Source of the DNA: a virus
Length of the DNA: 64,000 nucleotides
Virus record (IMG/VR): IMGVR_UViG_3300027769_001114
Location: 1 to 64,000 of that record
Direction: 5' to 3' (one strand)
Below are positions 19,001 through 26,406 of this stretch, in pieces. Below the pieces are notes generated by a model. That model did not search any database. It had not been told where the DNA came from and was given only the letters and a program-made list of their open reading frames with translations. A program made the position numbers and the translations under genes. Position 1 is the stretch's first letter; each line of letters begins with the position of its first letter.

Positions 19001-19791
19001 ATGACTTTGGTGTCAAGGTTGAGTTCGTTGACAATGATCCGTATACGGACGGTGTTGAGATGATGGACGACATCGAGAACAACGGTGTCCTGAAAGTCCT
19101 CAAGACGGAGTCAACCGGGTCGCACCCTTACTGGTCGGACGAAATCAACGATATGTTCCGCGCTGTCCACGACGCTTTTGGACACGCCGCTACGGGCAGG
19201 GGCTTTGACAGGCATGGCGAGGAGGCGGCATATCAGGCCCACCGGTCCATGGTTAAGAACGTCCTGGCCCAACTTGCTCTTGCAACCGAGACGAGGGGAC
19301 AGAACGCAGCCTTGATTGAAGGGGGCGAGTTCCCTGTTCAGAAGGCTGCACTCCTTGACGAGATGCTTGCCAAGCAGGCGGCTTTGCCACCGATGCCAAG
19401 GATGGTCGTCCCACCAGATCCGCCGATTCAGACAGGCATGATTGACTCTGTGCCGGCCACCGCAGATCAAGACAATGTCTATGAGTCAACCAGGTGTCAT
19501 CATGTCTCGGGTGGTAGGAGGTTAGAGGGTCAAGACGAGGTTGTCCCCGTTGGTGGCCTGTACTCCGACATGAGTGATGACGTAAGGCTCTCGCCTGAGA
19601 CGAGGCAAAAGATCTATGTGGTTGCGGCTTCGGGAGCGGAGTCGCTTGACGACTCTGGACTTGACCCCGACAACAAGAGGATTGCCTCGTATTTCAAGTC
19701 TGTCAGGAAAGGCATTAGGTCACTCGGCAAGAACGATATGGCCGCGATCCCCAACTCGGCCGTTGAGTCATTCCCTGACTCCATTGAATGA
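16012..19791 (+). CDS. about 1260-aa polyvalent protein (DUF6321-like N-terminus, two GC...WMPC units, RRGMGAF..HRP..RVNAF domain, zeta-toxin-like P-loop kinase, HDAFGH zincin-like domain)
   Basis: DPDGGLTAAGR..RRKGSFLTRF; MGGGPASGKT/DADEIK/VHSES/VVDSTG; FRAVHDAFGH..GEEAAY..ETRGQN. ATG 16012 overlaps the upstream stop. Confidence 0.75.
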   Translation: MSAKEPLRDPDGGLTAAGRRHFRETEGANLRPGVRGAANTPTKMRRKGSFLTRFFTNPSGPMVDDNGKPTRLALSARAWGEPVPKNMDDAAKLAAKGRRLLERYANEKEKQGIKAANGKKKKNATREEALAVAKMMGCDTVHEVDGGWMPCSSSEEMQRISKLAEDDSWLNKPISGKEMVSASGRKRKRRVRRWENLAQRSYGMTGVPGVGIVSASPAKPVGPMGDSYASGPSGVITLTAEGKGLQAFTPEVGDPDVFTSPDAARMRARQVGCTGIRRYTTRSGVNVWMPCTTGVTFDRTMGYGAYSRSGSRLEAARIEREVRRQLRVAGHPNKKSAKRLAATPAKPSERVRGSSSNAEDSASSIRKASDISLSPEQEKALVVKSREHNVAMKKAGKPKWSYTSSPALKAVMRRGMGAFSSSHRPDVSSRQQWGMGRVNAFLVILEKGAPKNRKYTTDNDLLPAGHPWKRTGTSAAKAAQPVDADRDGWIDEGKPTRRFVGISAVRDAVRSGVGRGRDIFGRGGSRRQDRSIRVSAGEGALGRARSRRIASDMQSAVEQIADGGKAPKKIKPKKTASVPERISSDRLRKLKPQRINHSSLVNTQKAYPHAPKIEGEFSPRTMDELGRAKNGGIKSTFDHFGIGSGEIPAERRALHEAIINSIIYGNGKWSPKKQENPAAWIMGGGPASGKTFLRQGGFFDTPSRGDAVHLDADEIKHMIPEFDSLVKELTDAGMDPTQAASAVHSESTYIQRQAIARAASEGFHVVVDSTGDGGPKSFHSKIDALRAAGYKMKGRFADVSIGKALADAKARQKEEKRGVPDDILVDTHIDVARAVLYSLENGLFDDFELVNNENHNSPITIAAFKDGVLAVHDTKKWSEFVGKARLAFKNDYKEDYFDDIKKGAGRTRNKAERATARKVKRKEVEGVETITAEPVRSLAEALKDSGIDFTKVKAVPAEKRVEIAQAYNGLPERSPEAKEAYDALQAEIEEHFRMLTDDFGVKVEFVDNDPYTDGVEMMDDIENNGVLKVLKTESTGSHPYWSDEINDMFRAVHDAFGHAATGRGFDRHGEEAAYQAHRSMVKNVLAQLALATETRGQNAALIEGGEFPVQKAALLDEMLAKQAALPPMPRMVVPPDPPIQTGMIDSVPATADQDNVYESTRCHHVSGGRRLEGQDEVVPVGGLYSDMSDDVRLSPETRQKIYVVAASGAESLDDSGLDPDNKRIASYFKSVRKGIRSLGKNDMAAIPNSAVESFPDSIE

Positions 19792-19929
19792 GATAGCAGG
19801 CTTCCACTAGACAAGCCGTACATGTTGGTACTGTTCCGTATAAGACAAAGACGGGCTGGGTGCTGACCTGAGCCACCTGAGTCAGAAAACCACAAACCAC
19901 ACACAATCCGAAACAGGAGAAAAGCACCC

Positions 19930-21279
19930 ATGTCAGCAGACAAAGCACGCATCAGCGAACTGCAGAACGCACTTCGCAAAAAGATGGCGGACAACAAGAC
20001 CATCGCCGACTCATTCAAGGTCGAAGAAGGCACCGTCGTCGTTTCAACCGAGCAGAAGGCAGCCTTCGACTCAAACATGAGGGACATCAAGGAAATCAAG
20101 GGCCTCATCGAGGGTCTTGAATCCATGGATCAGGTCAACTCGTGGTCGTCAGAACCAGCAAGCGATTCAGTCGGAGCAGCAGCCGCTGCCGGCCAAATGG
20201 CTCGCTCGTCATACGGCGCCAAGAGCCTTGGTCAGTTGTTCCTTGACTCACCCGAGTTCAAGTCGCTTCAGGGCGGCAAGAACGGCGCAAACATGCCCAG
20301 CCCCTTCATTCTCAACAGCGGTGACATCACCAGCCAAGGTTGGGGTCAGAAGGACGTTTACAGCGGTTTGCTCGACACCACCGGCCTTTCATTCACTGGT
20401 TTTGGAACTCGTGAACGCGATGCCTTGGTCATCCCGCCAATGCGCACACGTCGCGTCCGCGACTTGTTCCCGGCACGCACAACCACCGCGGCAGTTATTG
20501 AATACTTCCGTCAGTTGGGCTTCACCACCCCAGGCACCACGGCGGTCAATGCCGCTGCGCCTGTGGCACAACGTAGTGGTGGCGCTTTCGCCGCAAAGCC
20601 ACAATCGTCCATGGTCTTCGAAGGTCATCAGGCTCCAGTTCGTACGCTCGCCCACTGGGAAGCTGCGCACAGGAACGTTTTGGCTGACGAACCGCAGTTG
20701 CGTTCAATCATCGACAACGAGCTCCTCTACGGTCTCCGCCTTCAGGAGGATTACCAAATCCTCAATGGTGACGGTACCGGCGAAAACTTGCTCGGTGTTC
20801 TTGAAACCCCTGGCGTTCAGGAATACGCATGGTCAGACGGCGCAACCACACCAGTTCCGGACACCAAGGCTGATGCGCTTCGTCGCGCCGCGACCTTGGC
20901 TTTCTTGGCCTACTACGAACCGACCGGCATCGTTCTTCACCCGAACGACTGGGAAGATCTCGAACTGACCAAGAACACCCAAGGCACCTACCTCATGGCA
21001 GTTTCCATGCAGGTCGGCTCCGAGGCAAGGGTCTGGCGCATGCCCGTCATCGACACACCGGCAATCGCAGAAGGAACCGCACTCGTTGGTGCCTTCGGAA
21101 CCGGTGCTCAGTTGTACGACCGCGAACAAGCGAACATCCGCATCAGCGAACAGCACGCAGACTTCTTCGTGCGCAATGCGATTGTGATCTTGGCCGAACA
21201 GCGTTTGGCTCTCGCAGTCAAGCGTCCGGAATCGTTCGTCAAGGTTTCCTTTGACAATGAGCCGGCGGAAGCACCCTGA
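19930..21279 (+). CDS. major capsid protein, HK97 fold, with N-terminal delta/scaffold domain
   Basis: LADEPQLRSIIDNELLYGL..QILNGDGTGENLLG; IVLHPNDW; FVRNAIVILAEQRLALAVKRPESF; strong SD and highly biased codons. Confidence 0.95.
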   Translation: MSADKARISELQNALRKKMADNKTIADSFKVEEGTVVVSTEQKAAFDSNMRDIKEIKGLIEGLESMDQVNSWSSEPASDSVGAAAAAGQMARSSYGAKSLGQLFLDSPEFKSLQGGKNGANMPSPFILNSGDITSQGWGQKDVYSGLLDTTGLSFTGFGTRERDALVIPPMRTRRVRDLFPARTTTAAVIEYFRQLGFTTPGTTAVNAAAPVAQRSGGAFAAKPQSSMVFEGHQAPVRTLAHWEAAHRNVLADEPQLRSIIDNELLYGLRLQEDYQILNGDGTGENLLGVLETPGVQEYAWSDGATTPVPDTKADALRRAATLAFLAYYEPTGIVLHPNDWEDLELTKNTQGTYLMAVSMQVGSEARVWRMPVIDTPAIAEGTALVGAFGTGAQLYDREQANIRISEQHADFFVRNAIVILAEQRLALAVKRPESFVKVSFDNEPAEAP

Positions 21280-21308
21280 TAAGCAAAATCCGCCTACCTT
21301 AGGCAACG

Positions 21309-21346
21309 AAGACCCCCCGTCAGAAATGGCGGGGGGTCTTTGCTTT
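21309..21346. terminator. intrinsic terminator, probably bidirectional, between the capsid gene and the convergent operon
   Basis: AAGACCCCCCGTCA-GAAA-TGGCGGGGGGTCTT followed by TGCTTT. Confidence 0.85.
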
Positions 21347-21388
21347 GTACGGGCTTGTAATGAATGTAATCCAAACAAGCCTTTTCGT

Positions 21389-21766
21389 TTACTTCTTGCC
21401 GTTGGCAATAGCAAGGGTGTCATAGCACCCAACAAGTAGATGTACCGCCTCTTCCGTGCCGTTAGACGGGTCATCTTCCCACGCATAGATGTCGTCAGTT
21501 TCGGAATCAACGCACTCCCATGCAAGCAGTGCAGCTGGCCTCTTGGTTTGCGGTACATCCCTAGAGACGGCCTCGGGGTCGTCGCTAAGGTTCTTCCACT
21601 TCACACCCGAGACGAGCATGATCGCACCGACAATACTCACCTGCCCCGTGTTCCTATTCCTGACCGCACCTTTACAGAGGCCACGTTTAGCGACCTCTCG
21701 TGATGCGAGTAACAGAACCTTTGCGGCCTGCGATGTCCTTAGTTCCGAGAACGGCACGTCGGTCAC
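21389..21766 (-). CDS. hypothetical protein
   Basis: GTGA overlap with the RNR stop; about 125 aa. Confidence 0.65.
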   Translation of the reverse strand: MTDVPFSELRTSQAAKVLLLASREVAKRGLCKGAVRNRNTGQVSIVGAIMLVSGVKWKNLSDDPEAVSRDVPQTKRPAALLAWECVDSETDDIYAWEDDPSNGTEEAVHLLVGCYDTLAIANGKK

Positions 21767-23682
21767 TTGATGGGGCAAGCCCCCGTGGCGCAGTCGTCAA
21801 GGTCAATGGACGAGTCTCCTGCCGTATCAACTAACGGTGTTGAGAAGTCAATCTTCCCAAGGAGTTTGCGATAAGTCGCTTCGTCAATCTCCTCGTACGG
21901 CGGAAGGGGGAAGTTGTGATCAGCGTGAAGGAGGAACGAGACACTCTTGACACTGTTGTCGTAGTTGTCGCTCAGCCATTCCTTGATCAACGAGAGTTCT
22001 TCCTTGCGGTAGTAGACGGTTACCGAAACGGCATTATCTGCCCAGATTGTCTGCATGCGCTTGACCCACTCAAGTTGTTCTACGGCGGTCATATCGGCGG
22101 CGAGGATTGAACCCTCCGGGGATTCGCACGGGAACTCAACGACCCACCTGGTGTGGTCCTCGCGTCCGTCAAGACCGACATCGGGGACGACCTTATAGCC
22201 ACGCTTCCTACACTTGTCCACCAACGGATCGGATGCGCCAAAACGCACGCGCCTAATGTAGTGACGAGCAAAGGCTGGGTGAATACCAGGGGTGACACCC
22301 GGGAGCAACGACAATGTTCCCGATGGCTGAACCGTAGTAAGCCTTACCGATGCGGTAATGCCCGTCTGCTCAGAGAACCAGATGTCGTAGTCCCTGAGTG
22401 CCTTGTACGCCTCGTCAAGCCATGAGATCTGCTCTGGGGTACACTGCAGGACGCCCGTAATGGACTGTCCAAGCCTGCGATTCTTGTTGACGATCTTGGT
22501 GGTCTTCTCATATGGATACTCCATTGAGGTGACCGCCTTTTGCACCTTGTAGAGCAGGCGGGAGATCTCCAGGAGGTCGTCCTTGGACTTGATGTTCGGC
22601 AAGAAGATGGTCGAGAGGTTGCAGGACTCGCCGTCGCCAAGACCAATCTCGGCACAGGGATTGAACCCGTCAATCGTGGGGTCTGGCTTCGGTTCGTTAA
22701 GACGCCCGACCTTCCTTGCCAAGCCACGGTTAATGAGGCCGTACGGCTCACCAGAACCGTCGTAGCCCTTCCACAGTTCGCCAAGGATGTGATCGTAGGA
22801 GTCTGCGTACACGCTGTTGTTGCTGTTGGCGCGCCATGCCGGCACGGAACCCGTAGACCAGTTCTTTGCCCTCAGGAATAAGACGTCGTCGGGGTCGCCA
22901 ATGGCGATCTGAGCAGAACGACGAGAAGATCCAGAGATGACGATCCTGCCGATGATGTTGCAGATGTCAAGAACGTCAATGGAGCGGAGTTTCTTGCCCG
23001 CCCTTGCGTCCATCACCTTGCAGATATCCGCAATACCGTCAATGAGTGCGCCGGGGCCAGATGCGGTTCCGCCGAATGTTTTGAGGGGTGCGCCGAACTC
23101 TCGGACAAGGATCGTTGAGTAGGTGAAAGACTTACCGGTGTAGAAGTACGACTTCAGTACCGAGTGGACGAGCTTGCGCCATCCTTGCCTGCTGTCAGGA
23201 ACGATGATGTCTGCGTCGTTCGTACGTTCGTGCGAGATGGACACATTCGTCTTGACTTTGGGCATCTCGTGGATACGGGAACGTTCAACCGAATAGCCAA
23301 CGCCGCCACCGAGCATCAGGTAGTCAAATAGAAGCTCAAAGTCCTCAATCTTTTCCATGTTGACGAAGTAGCAGTTATTGAGACTGGTGCCGTTGTACTT
23401 ATTTACGAGCGGTGTGCCGAGTTGCCACAAGGCACGACCGGACAGGGAGCAACGCAGGTTGAAGATGTGATCAAACAGTTCCTCGGCTTCGCTATCGGAC
23501 AGGTTCGCTCCGATCTGAATAGCACCGTTGACGCACCTCTCGATTGTCTCGGGCCATGTTTCCTTCCTGCCGTCAATGTCCCGCGCATAGGTGCGCAGGT
23601 AGACGATCTCGCCAAGGCCGCTAAAGCCCCAGGGGGCCTGTCGGCCAGAGTAGGAGGACACGAAATCCTTTGAGAGTGCCAT
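21763..23682 (-). CDS. nrdJ: class II (adenosylcobalamin-dependent) ribonucleotide reductase
   Basis: NNCYF, RRSAQI, NPCAEI, TTVQPSGTLS, C-terminal CATGACP. Confidence 0.92.
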   Translation of the reverse strand: MALSKDFVSSYSGRQAPWGFSGLGEIVYLRTYARDIDGRKETWPETIERCVNGAIQIGANLSDSEAEELFDHIFNLRCSLSGRALWQLGTPLVNKYNGTSLNNCYFVNMEKIEDFELLFDYLMLGGGVGYSVERSRIHEMPKVKTNVSISHERTNDADIIVPDSRQGWRKLVHSVLKSYFYTGKSFTYSTILVREFGAPLKTFGGTASGPGALIDGIADICKVMDARAGKKLRSIDVLDICNIIGRIVISGSSRRSAQIAIGDPDDVLFLRAKNWSTGSVPAWRANSNNSVYADSYDHILGELWKGYDGSGEPYGLINRGLARKVGRLNEPKPDPTIDGFNPCAEIGLGDGESCNLSTIFLPNIKSKDDLLEISRLLYKVQKAVTSMEYPYEKTTKIVNKNRRLGQSITGVLQCTPEQISWLDEAYKALRDYDIWFSEQTGITASVRLTTVQPSGTLSLLPGVTPGIHPAFARHYIRRVRFGASDPLVDKCRKRGYKVVPDVGLDGREDHTRWVVEFPCESPEGSILAADMTAVEQLEWVKRMQTIWADNAVSVTVYYRKEELSLIKEWLSDNYDNSVKSVSFLLHADHNFPLPPYEEIDEATYRKLLGKIDFSTPLVDTAGDSSIDLDDCATGACPIK

Positions 23683-23715
23683 TTTTTATTACCCCTTGTG
23701 TGATGTTCTTGATTG

Positions 23716-24036
23716 TCAGATAATGCCGAGTTCTTCGGCCTTGCTTTTGGTCACGTATGTCCCCGCCTTCGCAACCAAGATGCGAGTCCTGGTCATGGAG
23801 GAAAGTGCAACGTCCCTATGGACATCTTTCGCAACGAAGATGACTTCTTCTTCCTTGCGGGACTCGACCAAGGGGGCAAACTGTACACGAACCTCGGTGG
23901 GTATTTGCGCCTCGCCAAAGTGACTGACGCAATCTCCAGTAGGGTGTCCACAGATGATGCAGGATTGCCTGTCCGCCCTCAGTATTGAGATGCCGTCAAG
24001 TATTGTGTCGGCACTTGAACCGTCGGAGGAGAACAT
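23716..24036 (-). CDS. small CxxCGHPTGDC zinc-binding protein
   Basis: CIICGHPTGDC motif; lies upstream of nrdJ on the same strand; start uncertain. Confidence 0.6.
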   Translation of the reverse strand: MFSSDGSSADTILDGISILRADRQSCIICGHPTGDCVSHFGEAQIPTEVRVQFAPLVESRKEEEVIFVAKDVHRDVALSSMTRTRILVAKAGTYVTKSKAEELGII

Positions 24037-24121
24037 GACAACGAACCTAGCCGAGTTGCGTTCACCATCGGAAACCGAAATGTGATAGTGCTGGCGCGTG
24101 AGAATCATTGACGCCGATGAC

Positions 24122-24150
24122 TTGCTCGTCGCCCATGGAAGTGCTAGTCT
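24122..24150 (+). promoter_or_regulatory. putative promoter of the methyltransferase operon
   Basis: TTGCTC, 17 nt, TAGTCT with a TGn extension. Confidence 0.55.
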
Positions 24151-24187
24151 CTTGTCAGTCAGTACCTAACAAAAACTATGAGGTGAC

Positions 24188-25534
24188 ATGAACAGAATCA
24201 AAGTTCTCTCGCTCTTTAGCGGTGCGGGTGGCCTCGACCTTGGTCTTGAAAGAGCCGGGATGGAAGTCGTCGCATTGTGCGAGATTGACCCAAAAGCAAA
24301 AATGGTGCTTCGTAAGCACTGGCCAGACACATACATTTATGACGACGTGAGAGAGGTAACACGTGAACGACTCATTTCAGACAACATTGTTCGACCAGAC
24401 ATCGTCGCCGGAGGAAGTCCTTGCCAGGACCTCTCCGTTGCCGGACGTCGTAAGGGACTTGATGGATCTCGTTCGGGACTCTTCTGGGAGCAATGCCGCA
24501 TCGCCGACGAAATCGGGGCGGACATCCTCTGGGAAAACGTCCCCGGCGCCCTATCTAGTAACGACGGAGCCGACTTTGCTGCCGTGTTGTGGGGAATCAC
24601 AGGAGCACTCGTCGAGTTGCCCCCTAAGCAGAAGTGGGCCAAGTCCGGCGTCCTGGTGGGACCAAAGCGGACAGCCATCTGGCGTGTTGCCGATGCCCAG
24701 CGTTTCGGAGTTCCCCAAAGACGGCGTCGTATCTACGTTATCGGATGTTCTGGAACCATGGCACGAGGGCTTGCGCCGTTACTGCTTGAGTGCGAGGGCG
24801 GCCAAGGGAATCATTCGTCGGGCCGAGAGACGCGAACGCGTTCTTCCGGAACCGCTTCGGACGGCTCTGGCGACTCTGGCGGCCACAGAGCCGGACGACC
24901 CGGAGGAGACGCGGGAAACGACGGAAACGAAGTAACTGGCTTCGTAAAGTCTCGTAGGGCACAGAGCAATACCGACGACGAAACATGGAAAGAAGGCGGA
25001 GTAGCTCCGACATTGACGTCCTTTGATAATGGAGGGGACTCTCGGGCAACCGTTCTAGCCATTCATGATGAGACGACCTGGTATACCGAGTCGCAGTTTG
25101 CTCAATACGCCAAAGACATCGTTGGCACACTTCGTGCCGCGGGTGGCACTTATGGCGGTGGATCTGAGAATATCGTGGTCACCAAGCCCGAGGTTGCAGC
25201 TTGCCTGAGGAGCGGTGGCGATGGCGGTGTTCCGTCCAGCAGGGGCGAGAACCTCGTTGTTCAGCATCAGTATGACCCAAGGATCATTGGCTTTTCCCAC
25301 ACACAGGGACTTGACCATCAGGCATCGACGACCGTTTTCCCAACCTTGCGTGCCGAGGGTGGCGGACATGCGGTCATGTATGACCCAACCGAACCGCCGT
25401 TGCTATTTCAGCAAAACCAACGAGATGAGGTTCGGATCATGCCGGGTTACGCAGGATCGCTAAATGCCGAGACAGGCATGCACAACACCAACTTTGTCCT
25501 ACAAGACCAAGAGGACGACGGTGTCGTTGACTGA
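24188..25534 (+). CDS. C5 cytosine DNA methyltransferase, catalytic part (motifs I-VIII) plus about 5 TRD-like units; lacks motifs IX-X
   Basis: LFSGAGG, GGSPCQDLS, WENVPG, FGVPQRRRRIY. Confidence 0.92.
   Translation: MNRIKVLSLFSGAGGLDLGLERAGMEVVALCEIDPKAKMVLRKHWPDTYIYDDVREVTRERLISDNIVRPDIVAGGSPCQDLSVAGRRKGLDGSRSGLFWEQCRIADEIGADILWENVPGALSSNDGADFAAVLWGITGALVELPPKQKWAKSGVLVGPKRTAIWRVADAQRFGVPQRRRRIYVIGCSGTMARGLAPLLLECEGGQGNHSSGRETRTRSSGTASDGSGDSGGHRAGRPGGDAGNDGNEVTGFVKSRRAQSNTDDETWKEGGVAPTLTSFDNGGDSRATVLAIHDETTWYTESQFAQYAKDIVGTLRAAGGTYGGGSENIVVTKPEVAACLRSGGDGGVPSSRGENLVVQHQYDPRIIGFSHTQGLDHQASTTVFPTLRAEGGGHAVMYDPTEPPLLFQQNQRDEVRIMPGYAGSLNAETGMHNTNFVLQDQEDDGVVD
24363..24935 (+). CDS. overlapping alternative-frame methyltransferase beta-type polypeptide (M.EcoHK31I-beta-like)
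   Basis: GAGAGG SD 6 nt before GTG 24363; C-terminus STLSDVLE..RYCLSARAAKGIIRRAERRERVLPEPLRTAL. Confidence 0.7.
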   Translation: MNDSFQTTLFDQTSSPEEVLARTSPLPDVVRDLMDLVRDSSGSNAASPTKSGRTSSGKTSPAPYLVTTEPTLLPCCGESQEHSSSCPLSRSGPSPASWWDQSGQPSGVLPMPSVSEFPKDGVVSTLSDVLEPWHEGLRRYCLSARAAKGIIRRAERRERVLPEPLRTALATLAATEPDDPEETRETTETK

Positions 25535-26234
25535 TGGATATAACAACTGTTTCACGCCTTGGCCTGACATGGGGCAGGCAATACGCGTCTACGCAACTGA
25601 CGGCCCCTCGCCAACGATCTCCTCGCACCATGTCCTCATTCTTCAGGAGTTAGAAATGAACGAAGAATCCAGGGCGGAGATGGTTACGCCGATCAGAACA
25701 TCCAACACGAAGGCAAACGGCATGAATGTTGGTGAGCCAGGAGATCCGATGTACACACTTGACACTGGCGGCTCAATGGCTGTCGGGTACGTCCTATGCT
25801 TTGACGGGAAGAGGAACGACGACTTTAGGATGTTTGAGGACTACTACCCGACCCTCACTCAGATGATGGGGACGGGTGGAAATAATGTCCCGATGATCAT
25901 CCACGACATACCAAAGACGGAGGCGACCGAGGTGGACAACATAACGGATACGCAATATCAGAGAGTGCCACCGGAGACCGGAGACGACACCGTTGCAGCC
26001 CTGACAGTATGCGACCTCACTAAGGGACAGGGTTCGCATCAGTCCATCGGGTCGGGTTTTCTTCAGGTCTACGCATTGCCTCAGGCGTACTCCATCAGGG
26101 AGGACGCGAAGGCTAACAACTTCCACGCAACGCCGACGGACACGGCCCTGTGTGTGAACGCACTCCAACCGTCACCACAGTCTCACCACGCTCAGATCTT
26201 TATAGTGCAGGTTGAAGAGGGTCGTAATGCCTAA
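25521..26234 (+). CDS. methyltransferase variable-region ORF made only of TRD-like units
   Basis: SPTIS, DPMYTLDT, YPTLTQMMGTGGNNVP; overlaps the upstream stop (start GTG 25521 or TTG 25527). Confidence 0.75.
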   Translation: MSLTDGYNNCFTPWPDMGQAIRVYATDGPSPTISSHHVLILQELEMNEESRAEMVTPIRTSNTKANGMNVGEPGDPMYTLDTGGSMAVGYVLCFDGKRNDDFRMFEDYYPTLTQMMGTGGNNVPMIIHDIPKTEATEVDNITDTQYQRVPPETGDDTVAALTVCDLTKGQGSHQSIGSGFLQVYALPQAYSIREDAKANNFHATPTDTALCVNALQPSPQSHHAQIFIVQVEEGRNA

Positions 26235-26406
26235 CGACGTCGTCCTGCCTTGCAACATTGACGGCGCACAGATTTCCCCTACATTACGAGGCTTTGGGCA
26301 CGGATGGCAGGGGCAGCACAACAGTACGAACGCAGTATTTCAGTCAATCATATTCAAGTCAGAGGACGACCACCCTGCCGTACTACAGCAGGTCGGCGAA
26401 GAATGA
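26227..26406 (+). CDS. single TRD-like mini-ORF
   Basis: ISPTLRG unit; GAAGAGG before ATG 26227; overlaps both neighbours. Confidence 0.6.
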   Translation: MPNDVVLPCNIDGAQISPTLRGFGHGWQGQHNSTNAVFQSIIFKSEDDHPAVLQQVGEE

